From an uncultured Candidatus Saccharibacteria bacterium (GTDB taxonomy: Bacteria; Patescibacteriota; Minisyncoccia; Phycocordibacterales; UBA918): a DNA stretch of 64,000 nt. Shown here piece by piece: positions 46,583 through 54,668 of this stretch. Under the pieces are notes generated by a model. The model searched no databases. It was given only the letters and a program-made list of their open reading frames with translations, and was not told the DNA's origin. The translations under genes were made by a program, and so were the position numbers. The stretch is taken from positions 42,722 through 106,721 of the forward strand of contig CAZMYZ010000001.1 in assembly GCA_964570795.1 (NCBI GenBank). Direction: 5' to 3'. Numbering within the stretch: the first letter of the stretch is position 1; each line of letters begins with the position of its first letter.

Positions 46583-46640
46583 CACTGTACACAGAAAGCC
46601 CCGAAAGGGGTCTTTTCTGTGTACAGTGTGCTGAGGGAGC
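46575..46640 (+). terminator. long nested hairpin embedding the tRNA-Phe 3' acceptor end
   Basis: CCTCAGCACACTGTACACAGAAA-GCCCC-GAAA-GGGGT-C-TTTCTGTGTACAGTGTGCTGAGG, a 23-bp outer stem whose 5' arm starts inside the tRNA acceptor 3' strand. Confidence 0.5.
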
Positions 46641-47088
46641 ACGATACATAGGCATCGTGCGTGCGGGCTGAAATAGTTTGGGAAACTATTTCAGGAGGTT
46701 GTCGATATTTTGACGTAAGGAAAAATATCATACAACCTGAACTGAAGCAGTAGGCTTCGAAAGGCGGAATGATGTTGCTTTGCAACGAATGAGCCAGGGC
46801 AGGAGGCACTTAGTATTTTGTGAGGTAACGAAACAAAATACTTAGTGACCTGCGCCGAGCCTGCCACTCACTACCACGCTTCTACCAAATTCTATTTAGC
46901 AACTTGATGCCAGTATACAGAAACACCACCCAATAAAGGGTGGTGTTTCTTGTTCCCATAGGGCTGACCTATGTAATCAGAGTGTCAGCGAATTGCTGGC
47001 GGACGCCGTGCCCTCCTCTCATTCGTCAGCGAACAGATTGTAAGTCATCAAAAAAATAGGCTCCAAAGCGGAGCCTATCATAGAGCGT

Positions 47089-47337
47089 TTAGTCCTCGGC
47101 CATCCCTGCAATTGCTTGCTGTTGGCGCTTTTCCAGTTCCTTTCCTTCCTTGGTGACATAGGTGAGCCCTTGCAGGACTCCATTATGGAAGTGGACTTCC
47201 AGATAGTCATCAGAACCATCCAGATTGAAAAACATGTGTCCGTCTACACCTGAGCCAGTCTGTTTGGTTTGGGATACAGCATCGAATGCAGCGAGGATCC
47301 GTATCCTTGCATCAGCAAAAAGTTGTTCATTAGCCAT
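47089..47337 (-). CDS. hypothetical protein
   Basis: Start at MANEQLF with a strong SD (AAAGGAGATAGCC) and a terminator hairpin (ATAGGCTCC-AAAGC-GGAGCCTAT) downstream. Confidence 0.5.
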   Translation of the reverse strand: MANEQLFADARIRILAAFDAVSQTKQTGSGVDGHMFFNLDGSDDYLEVHFHNGVLQGLTYVTKEGKELEKRQQQAIAGMAED

Positions 47338-47450
47338 GGCTATCTCCTTTTCGTTGGGAACTGCTTTCAAGAGAGTATCACTTTGTGCTATATGATGCAA
47401 AATAAAAATACCGCTGCTAAACAAACGGTATTTTTATAAGAATGTAAATC

Positions 47451-48032
47451 CTATCTCGACTGCTGGACGCTCACGGTCACAGTCGTCTCTCCTTCAGCAC
47501 TTCCAATATAGACAACAACATTCTCCTCTTCGCCCTTTGTTGCGGTAATCATTGAGCCGTCACCGGTTGCCATGGTTGCTTGAATTTCCCAACCCTGTAT
47601 TTCAAGTGTTGATTTGAAATACTCGGTAACTTCTGTTGTTGAGTCTTTTGTAGTATAAACCACTGAAAGTCCTGCAGTGTCTGCGCCACCTGTATTCATT
47701 GAGCCTGCGTAACTGAGACGAGCATCAGAGGGGAGGGGTACTGAACTTGGCCAATTATCAGGAAGTGAAACATTGTTTCCTGCTGACACATTGTATTCTT
47801 CGCCATTGTCACCAGTGACTCGCATACTACCATCGTTGTCGATATCAATGTCGACATCACCCCCGGTCGCTTGCTCGAGAGCACGCTCTACTGCTCGTTC
47901 TGGAGAGAAGAGTGATTGTGCTCCATAAAGAACGATGAGTGCAATAACACCAATAATAATCCATTTTGTATAATCTTGTTTTTTGCTTTCCGTTGGCGCA
48001 CTTAGAGGAGTTTGTTCTGGTATTTCATTCAT
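47451..48032 (-). CDS. hypothetical membrane-anchored secreted protein
   Basis: 193 aa with an N-terminal TM anchor and an acidic Gly/Asp-rich extracellular region. Confidence 0.5.
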   Translation of the reverse strand: MNEIPEQTPLSAPTESKKQDYTKWIIIGVIALIVLYGAQSLFSPERAVERALEQATGGDVDIDIDNDGSMRVTGDNGEEYNVSAGNNVSLPDNWPSSVPLPSDARLSYAGSMNTGGADTAGLSVVYTTKDSTTEVTEYFKSTLEIQGWEIQATMATGDGSMITATKGEEENVVVYIGSAEGETTVTVSVQQSR

Positions 48033-48103
48033 AAGAGTTACCTACTTACGTCTGATAATAAAATTACGACATACTCATTATAATTCAGAATGTATGGGTC
48101 GTA

Positions 48104-48140
48104 TATATACAAAAACTCCCCCGCGGTGTAGCCGCGGGGA
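48104..48140. terminator. bidirectional terminator
   Basis: AAAAACTCCCCCGCGG-TGTA-GCCGCGGGGAAGTTTTTT. Confidence 0.6.
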
Positions 48141-48168
48141 AGTTTTTTGATGTTTATGGATGTATAGA

Positions 48169-48672
48169 CTACTTCACCTGATGGTGGCTCTTTACCGTGA
48201 GGCGTGCACTGCGTCCCTTATCAAGTTTTGGCAGAATAATTTCGAGGAGACCATGCTTTTCACGCGCCTCTGCTTCGTCGATAACAATTTCCTCGGGGAG
48301 GACAATAGAGCGTGAGAATGAACCCCAAAAGAGTTCTCGATGATAGTAGTCCTCATCGGGTGCTTCTTGTACTTCTTCGCGAAGACCTTTTAGAGTCACC
48401 ATGTCGCGTGTGATAGAGATGTTGAGGTCTTCTGGACTCACACCTGCTACGAGGGCACGAATGACGACTGCATCGCGGGTCTGGTACATATCAATAGGAA
48501 GTTCACCATCTTGTTCTTCATCATCCTGTTGGCGCCACGTTTCTTGGTCAATAGTGTCGTCCTCAGGAACAGTGGCAGTTTCAAAATCTTGCACATCTCC
48601 AAACCCATCATCAGACGATGCGTCGAGTTTTATTGAGCCGGTAATGCGTTCGAGAAATGATGGTTTTTTCAT
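48169..48672 (-). CDS. Hsp20/alpha-crystallin family small heat-shock protein
   Basis: Alpha-crystallin domain (PIDMYQTRDAVVIRALVAGVSPEDLNISITRDMVTLKG...GLLEIILPK). Confidence 0.85.
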   Translation of the reverse strand: MKKPSFLERITGSIKLDASSDDGFGDVQDFETATVPEDDTIDQETWRQQDDEEQDGELPIDMYQTRDAVVIRALVAGVSPEDLNISITRDMVTLKGLREEVQEAPDEDYYHRELFWGSFSRSIVLPEEIVIDEAEAREKHGLLEIILPKLDKGRSARLTVKSHHQVK

Positions 48673-49364
48673 AATATGCGACGATGCTGTTTTTCTAGTA
48701 ACTTCACTTTTTCAAAGAGAATAAAGAGGACGACGATACCCATCCAGACAAACATAAAAACGACGAGGACGGTGCCACCGCTTGCATCTATTATAGAGAA
48801 GTTGAAGAGTGCGTGCAATATAACAGCAACGAATAAGCCAAAGGTAGCCACGAGTACTTTTATCCAACTCTTGGCATAGTATGAAAGTGCCATTGCGACA
48901 CCTACGGTGCTTGATGCAAGGACATGAAGGAGTGTCGCTCCGAGGAAACGGAAGTTACCCGTGATGAAAGAATTAGCGACATCACCGTCTTGGAGTGGAT
49001 TGAAAATAAATAGCGCATTTTCGAGCGCAGAAAAGCCGAGTGCGATGGTGAGCATGTATATGATTGCATCGATAGGCTCATCGACAGCTTTGTTCCAAAG
49101 CACCACAATAAGCGCAGCAGAGTATTTGAGCACTTCTTCGATGATGACCCATACAAAAACAAGGTTATCACCTGTGAAGCGCTCCATCGCAAATTGCTGG
49201 AGGGGAAGTACAAGTGGCACAATGAGCATGCCGGCAATGAAGGATGTGGCAAGTAGTGCTTTTGGCTCAGGATGTGCTTTGTCCTCACGGAGCCAAAACC
49301 AAAGCCAAAAAAGTGCAGGAATAAGTCCTGCAAGAAAGGCAATAGCAAAGTTGAGCGAGTCCAT
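48669..49364 (-). CDS. PrsW-family intramembrane metalloprotease
   Basis: Polytopic protein with IIEEVLKYSA (EExxK), FSALENALF (FxxxE) and HALFN motifs of the PrsW/CPBP fold. Confidence 0.75.
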   Translation of the reverse strand: MDSLNFAIAFLAGLIPALFWLWFWLREDKAHPEPKALLATSFIAGMLIVPLVLPLQQFAMERFTGDNLVFVWVIIEEVLKYSAALIVVLWNKAVDEPIDAIIYMLTIALGFSALENALFIFNPLQDGDVANSFITGNFRFLGATLLHVLASSTVGVAMALSYYAKSWIKVLVATFGLFVAVILHALFNFSIIDASGGTVLVVFMFVWMGIVVLFILFEKVKLLEKQHRRIL

Positions 49365-49477
49365 TTAAATATTGTACCATTTTGGAAAAGGAAATCCCCA
49401 GGGAATGCCAATTCTTAGTTGAAAAACTAATATGCACAGGCACCTTCCATTTTTCTTCCGGGGGGAAGAAAAATGGA

Positions 49478-49625
49478 AGGGCTCAGAAAATATAGTTCTT
49501 ACAGAACCTGTCCAATCATTGGGTCTTTTGTCTCATTTCACCTGCCTGCCGGCAGGTTCACAAAAGCCCTCAATGAGTCTTGCGAAGTGATATTAAATCA
49601 CTTCTCACACTAACGCTCTTTATTT
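49478..49625 (-). repeat. ~130-bp structured repeat, copy A (inverted relative to copy B at 61698-61830)
   Basis: The reverse complement aligns with 61698-61830 (GAGCGT(T/C)AG(T/C)GTGAGAAGTGA...TCACTTCGCAAGACTCATTGAGG...CAAAAGACCCAATGA...TGGACAG); the core hairpin shows compensatory changes (GAAGTGAT/ATCACTTC vs GAAGTGAC/GTCACTTC); copy A also carries a CCTGCCGGCAGG palindromic insertion and an adjacent 17-bp-stem hairpin at 49443-49480. Confidence 0.55.
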
Positions 49626-51865
49626 TCTGGCCAGGATGTGACCATAAGCATCTTTCGCTCGTTCCCCCGTACTTCCTCAGGAAGATTTTGCCAGATAGTC
49701 TCGGTGACGTATGGCATGAAAGGATGGAGTACTTTGATGGTGGTAATGAGACATTCGCGAAGCACATATTGGCGTGCAGCACGGGCACCAGCATCCTCGC
49801 CATTCAGAATCGGTTTTGACTCTTCAAGAATCACGTCGGCGAGCTCATGCCAGATATAATGATAGGTTTTCTCTGCAGCGAGGTAGAGATGATATTTTTC
49901 GATATCTGCAGTTATTTCTCTGACTGCGGTATGGAGTCCTGTGAGTATCTCGGTATCGCGCGGTGAGAGGGTGGGGGAGGTGCTGTAATCTGCATCAGCG
50001 ATATTGGTAAGGATGAAACGACTAATATTCCAAACTTTGTTTGCAAAGTGCTTGTATCCGCGTACTTTATCTTCGGCGAGTGGTACATCATTTCCAGGAG
50101 CGGCACCGATGATGAGTGAAAGACGTGTTGCGTCGGCGCCATACTTTTCAATCATATCGAGCGGATCCATCACATTCCCGAGAGACTTCGACATTTTCTT
50201 TCCCTTTGCATCGCGCACAAGGCCGTGGAGGTATACGTGTTTAAAGGGTACTTGCCCAAGGTGGAACGTGCTCATGAGCACCATACGTGCTACCCAGAAG
50301 AAAATAATGTCGTACCCTGTTTCAAGAAGGGTGGTGGGATGATACCGCTTCATATCGGCAGTCTCATTCGGCCAGCCGAGTGTCGAGAAGGTCCAAAGAC
50401 CAGAAGAGAACCAGGTGTCGAGTGTGTCGGGGTCCTGTTCCCAGTCTTCGCCTTCAGGGGCGGCTACATCACAGAAAACCTCATCACCCCTGTACCAAAC
50501 AGGAATACGATGCCCATACCATATCTGGCGAGAGATACACCAGTCGCGGAGGTTATTAATCCAGTTGTCGTATACTCGTTCGAAACGGTCGGGGAAAATA
50601 GTCACACCACCGCCAGTTACTGCAGTATGCATAAGGGTTTTAAGAGTGACGGTATCGCCTTCTTGTATGCCTGGTATTTCAGAATGTCCCATCGTGAATT
50701 CCTTATTCACATCAATCCACCATTGGAGTTTTGGAAGCGGCTCTATGATTGCACCAGTGCGCTCTGCGGTAGAGACATTTTGTGAAATAGCTTCTTCCTT
50801 CTGAAGGAGTCCTTCTTCGCGAAGGAAAGCGACGACAGTCTCGCGCGCTTCGCCGACTTTCATACCGCTGAGGCGGCCGTCCACGGTCATCTTTGCGTAC
50901 TCGTTGATTACCTGTGGGCGCGCGAGATTGTGACGGTCGGCAATCTCCCAGTCTACCTGGCTGTGTGCAGGAGTAACGCCGAGTGCACCCGTACCAAAGT
51001 CTTTTTCCACACTCTCATCTGCTACTACTTTGATATGGAGCGGCACATCACAAAAGACTACATCATATTCTTTTCCTATATATGCTTTGTACCGCTCATC
51101 ATCGGGATGTACGGCCACTGCAGTATCACCCACCTTTGTTTCGGGACGTGTGGTGGAAATAGGAATAGGGAAGTCCTTGCTATAGGTGAAGGTGTACATT
51201 GTCGCCGTGCGCTCTTCATAGATAATCTCATCATCTGAGATAGTGGTTTGCCCCTTGGGGTCCCAGTTTACAATACGTGCACCGCGATAAATAAGTCCTG
51301 CATCATACATGCGCTTAAATGCAGTAGTGACTGCATGGTACCGCGCTTCATCGAGGGTGAATGCGTAGCGACTCCAGTCGAGCGAGGAGCCCATATGCTT
51401 CGTTTGATTGATAATGGTATTTTTGCTTTCTTCAGCAAAGGCGTTTACACGGCGAAGCAGTTCGTCACGACCAAGGTCGTAGCGACTTTTGCCTTCTTCC
51501 TTGTATATTATTTTTTCCACCTTCGACTGCGTCGCAATTGCGGCAGAGTCAGTGCCCGGGAGCCAAAGTGTGGGCTTTCCAAGCATGCGGTTGTATCGCA
51601 CAAGAATGTCTTCAATAGCGAGCATTGCCGCATGTCCCATGTGAAGGGTACCGGTAACATTGGGAGGAGGGAGAACGATAGAAAAAGATTCCTTGGTTTC
51701 ATCAGCAATACCATCTTTGATACAGGTATCAGGATTGAAATAGCCTGAAGATTCCCACATTTCGTAGGTTTTTTCCTCATGCTCTTGTGCATTATAGGGT
51801 TGTAAAAAAATCTCGGGGATGTGTGGCACTGCGCTATTATTTTTTTGTAGTGTTTCTTCGCTCAT
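49610..51865 (-). CDS. valS: valine--tRNA ligase
   Basis: Class I aaRS: PPNVTGTLHMGHA (HIGH), KMSKSLGN, and the ValRS editing and anticodon-binding domains; start taken at MSEETL, the ORF track extends to 51916. Confidence 0.95.
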   Translation of the reverse strand: MSEETLQKNNSAVPHIPEIFLQPYNAQEHEEKTYEMWESSGYFNPDTCIKDGIADETKESFSIVLPPPNVTGTLHMGHAAMLAIEDILVRYNRMLGKPTLWLPGTDSAAIATQSKVEKIIYKEEGKSRYDLGRDELLRRVNAFAEESKNTIINQTKHMGSSLDWSRYAFTLDEARYHAVTTAFKRMYDAGLIYRGARIVNWDPKGQTTISDDEIIYEERTATMYTFTYSKDFPIPISTTRPETKVGDTAVAVHPDDERYKAYIGKEYDVVFCDVPLHIKVVADESVEKDFGTGALGVTPAHSQVDWEIADRHNLARPQVINEYAKMTVDGRLSGMKVGEARETVVAFLREEGLLQKEEAISQNVSTAERTGAIIEPLPKLQWWIDVNKEFTMGHSEIPGIQEGDTVTLKTLMHTAVTGGGVTIFPDRFERVYDNWINNLRDWCISRQIWYGHRIPVWYRGDEVFCDVAAPEGEDWEQDPDTLDTWFSSGLWTFSTLGWPNETADMKRYHPTTLLETGYDIIFFWVARMVLMSTFHLGQVPFKHVYLHGLVRDAKGKKMSKSLGNVMDPLDMIEKYGADATRLSLIIGAAPGNDVPLAEDKVRGYKHFANKVWNISRFILTNIADADYSTSPTLSPRDTEILTGLHTAVREITADIEKYHLYLAAEKTYHYIWHELADVILEESKPILNGEDAGARAARQYVLRECLITTIKVLHPFMPYVTETIWQNLPEEVRGNERKMLMVTSWPENKER

Positions 51866-51958
51866 GATTAGGCGATAGTAGCATGAAAAAGAGCGCTCAT
51901 AAAGCGATTGTGGCATAACAAAAGGCCAGCAGTGCTGGCCTTGTAAGAGGTACCGGTT

Positions 51959-52414
51959 TTATTGGTACCAATCCTTTTCACGAGGAGTGCCCATCCCATA
52001 ATATTCGAGAAGTTGCACATTTGAATTGTTATGACTGAGTGGGCTTAATATAGCCCACGAGTCGTCGAATGTGTTGCATACCCCAGGAGGGAGATACTGT
52101 GCAGTTATTTTGAAAATGAACTCCGGGGGTACTTCTGGATATGGTGGGGGCACATAGAGCAAAACTCCAAAAAAATGCCTATAGCCAATTATGTCTGACT
52201 GAGGTTCGACGACAAAGTTGCATGCAATTTTGCAGAGTGAATCAAGTTCATCTGGCGTAAGTGTGCGTGCAAATTCTCGGTGTGTTGCCTTATAACATTT
52301 CGCCGAAAGATTTGCTCGAGCCAGGCTTACCACCTCGGGAGATATTTCTGAGTAAAGGCTTGTGAGCCATGCAAACATCTCTGCCGAGGAATATTTAGTA
52401 ATACTACTCGTCAT
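51959..52414 (-). CDS. hypothetical protein
   Basis: 151 aa ORF with no recognisable domain. Confidence 0.4.
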   Translation of the reverse strand: MTSSITKYSSAEMFAWLTSLYSEISPEVVSLARANLSAKCYKATHREFARTLTPDELDSLCKIACNFVVEPQSDIIGYRHFFGVLLYVPPPYPEVPPEFIFKITAQYLPPGVCNTFDDSWAILSPLSHNNSNVQLLEYYGMGTPREKDWYQ

Positions 52415-52469
52415 GTCGTTCTCCTAGAACAGTTAAACTATTCAGACAATATCAGAGAATGATATTTTA

Positions 52470-53645
52470 TCAAGTTGAGGCAGTTTCAAGCGAAAGATTT
52501 CCGTCTGCTTTGAGGTCGGCGAGGGCGCTGTAGGTGCGCGCATTCGCCACTTGTGTATGTCCTGCAAGGGCAATCATGACACTGTTGTCGGTGGAGAGAT
52601 TTTGGGGAGGGAAGTAGAGCGTGAGGTCGGGGTATTCATTTTTAAAAAATGTAGTGAAGGTTTCGCGGATGTACGTGTTTGCAGATACACCGCCACCGAC
52701 GATGAGTGTATTGATATTATGCGCATCAATTGCTCGTCGCGCTTTCTTTAGGAGTACTTCAGTGACCGCATCTTCAAAGTCACGCGCTATAGCATCGATA
52801 TCATCAGTACCTAATTCTTTTCCTTCAATAGCATAGCGTACGGCTGTTTTGAGTCCTGAGAATGAGAAATCAAGATTGTCCGTATCTATCATCGGGCGCG
52901 GAAGTAGTGCGAACTCAGGGAGATTGTCCGTGCGCGCTCTGCGCGCACGGACACCAATCTCCGGCCCACCGGGATACTGGAGTCCCAGCATACGTGCAAC
53001 TTTATCAAATGCCTCGCCTACCGCATCATCACGCGTCTCACCAACTTTTTTGAATGAAAGCCATTCTTCCATGAGGACGAGTTCGGTGTGTCCACCCGAG
53101 ATAAGGAGTGCGAGTGCAGGGAAGGAAAGAGCAGGGATGCTATTCGTAGTGAAAATAGATGAGAGTACATGCCCCTCCATATGATTGATAGGTACGACGG
53201 GCACCTGCCACGCGTAGGAAAGTGCACGTGCAAAATTGATACCCACCCAGAGTGCAGGCTCAAGGCCGGGGCCACTCGTGACTGCGATAAGGTCTATTTT
53301 GGGGAGTGCGTATGACTGGAGGAACTCGATAAATGTGTCTCCAAGCCCTGGTTCACGGTAGAGAATGGTTTGGAGGGTCTCAGATTCCTCTGGGGTGAGA
53401 GTATGTGCTCGTGCTTCGAGAAGTCCTGCTTCCTCGAGTGCACGTACGAGCATCGGTACGAGCGTTTTCGCATGCTCACGCTTCGCAAGTGCAGGGAAGA
53501 CACCCCCGTACTCGCGATGCAAGTCTATTTGTGAAAAAAGCGCATTCCCGAGGATGCGGTACGTTGCATTAGGGAAATCACCTATTGCCTCCACGATGCT
53601 TATAGCGGTTTCATCACACGACGTTTCAATGCTGAGGATAATCAT
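52470..53645 (-). CDS. tsaD: tRNA N6-adenosine threonylcarbamoyltransferase TsaD (Kae1/Gcp family)
   Basis: MIILSIETSCDETAISIV N-terminus, HMEGHVLS metal-binding motif and the ASKHF fold; 391 aa. Confidence 0.9.
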   Translation of the reverse strand: MIILSIETSCDETAISIVEAIGDFPNATYRILGNALFSQIDLHREYGGVFPALAKREHAKTLVPMLVRALEEAGLLEARAHTLTPEESETLQTILYREPGLGDTFIEFLQSYALPKIDLIAVTSGPGLEPALWVGINFARALSYAWQVPVVPINHMEGHVLSSIFTTNSIPALSFPALALLISGGHTELVLMEEWLSFKKVGETRDDAVGEAFDKVARMLGLQYPGGPEIGVRARRARTDNLPEFALLPRPMIDTDNLDFSFSGLKTAVRYAIEGKELGTDDIDAIARDFEDAVTEVLLKKARRAIDAHNINTLIVGGGVSANTYIRETFTTFFKNEYPDLTLYFPPQNLSTDNSVMIALAGHTQVANARTYSALADLKADGNLSLETAST

Positions 53646-53751
53646 GATGTGTACTCTACCGCACCTCTATGGGAATTACCATAGAAAACCCCCCGACTTT
53701 TCTTTGAAAAGGTGGGGGGATTCAATGTTATTCTCTAGGAAACTATATTTT

Positions 53752-54006
53752 TCAGAAGGCTTTAGGTAATATCAACAAATCAGCTATTCTATTGTAGTCG
53801 TCAATTTTTTGAAGATCTAAAAGTCTCTTCATTTCGGGTCTATACCTTGCTCTGATTTCTTCGAGAGTTTCTCTGTCTTCATCAGTTAATTCAAAATCTG
53901 GGTTAGATAATTTACTTTCAAGTTCTGTTAAAAAATTATTTTCGGATTTAATTCTTGTGAATAAATCATCTGCAATAATTTGTTCAAATTTATTTCCCAT
54001 TTCCAT
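53752..54006 (-). CDS. hypothetical small acidic protein
   Basis: 84 aa ORF in an AT-rich stretch. Confidence 0.35.
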   Translation of the reverse strand: MEMGNKFEQIIADDLFTRIKSENNFLTELESKLSNPDFELTDEDRETLEEIRARYRPEMKRLLDLQKIDDYNRIADLLILPKAF

Positions 54007-54039
54007 ATACTCTATATTCTAACATATTCACACTCATCT

Positions 54040-54337
54040 GAAATTTCTACGCTGTGGCTCGCATCAGGGTCCGGAAGCAAAGCCTTTTGCTTGGTGGTGT
54101 CAGGTTACTAATTCGCTGCTCCAATAAACTGTTCGTGGTCACGAATCGCTAACTATATTTCTTCGCTACGCTCGAAATCCAGTAAGCGTTCTCGACCCCC
54201 GCCTCGCGGTTTTTCTTTCTGAGAAGAAAGAAAAACATCGCTGTGGCTCGCACTGAGGTACGCAGGCAAAGCAGTTTGCCTGCTAAACCAAAAAACAATC
54301 ATTCCTAAGAATGATTGTTTTTTGGTTTACCTCAGTG
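54040..54337. repeat. tRNA-trailer repeat region: ~85-bp dispersed repeat plus two-hairpin module (copy 1 of 2)
   Basis: 54118-54210 (GTGGTCACGAATCGCTAAC...TTCTCGACCCCCGCCTCGCGG) is homologous to 60845-60925; 54251-54337 is CACTGAGGTA-[GCAGGCAAA-GCAG-TTTGCCTGC]-[TAAACCAAAAAACAATCATTC-CTAAGA-GAATGATTGTTTTTTGGTTTA]-TACCTCAGTG; CGCTGTGGCTCGCA occurs twice. Confidence 0.5.
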
Positions 54338-54485
54338 CGCGATACAGGACTTGAACATTACATGTTCCGTTCAGGTTGTATGACGATTTCTTCCGTTGGT
54401 CGAAATCGTCGACAACCTCTTCAAGTCCAGGGCGACTGTTTACTAAAAAAAGCCAGACACAAGGCCTGACTATTTTTAGTAAAAG
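54335..54485 (-). mobile_element. ~150-bp insertion at the tRNA-Val 3' end: 23-bp perfect direct repeat of the tRNA 3' end flanking a 127-bp element
   Basis: GTGCGCGATACAGGACTTGAAC occurs at 54335-54357 and again as the real tRNA-Val 3' end at 54485-54507; the intervening 127 bp starts ATTACATGTTCCGTTCAGG, resembles the tRNA-Ser(GGA) element and holds a long bulged hairpin (GACGATTTC...GAAATCGTC). Confidence 0.5.
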
Positions 54486-54558
54486 TGCGCGATACAGGAC
54501 TTGAACCTGTGACCCCCACAATGTCAATGTGATGCTCTACCAACTGAGCTAACCGCGC
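54486..54558 (-). tRNA. tRNA-Val (anticodon GAC)
   Basis: Acceptor GCGCGGT/ATCGCGC, D arm TAGCTCAGTTGGTAGAGCA, anticodon arm TCACA-TTGACAT-TGTGG, T arm ACAGG-TTCAAGT-CCTGT; no CCA encoded. Confidence 0.85.
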
Positions 54559-54668
54559 AAGTGAATACCAAATATAGCAGAGTATGTAATTTTACGAAAG
54601 TCGATAGTATGTCGTGTGGTGAAAATTCTTGAGAGAATATTTTTTAACGATACTATATAATAAAATGT

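Noticed and set aside
49566-49612. Short identical peptides (…SLRKTH, MRSDIKSLLTLTL…) translated at both 49.6 kb and 61.7 kb, suggesting duplicated small genes
   Set aside because: The identity comes from a non-coding structured repeat in inverted orientation. The ORFs are frame artefacts across a hairpin and differ outside the repeat.
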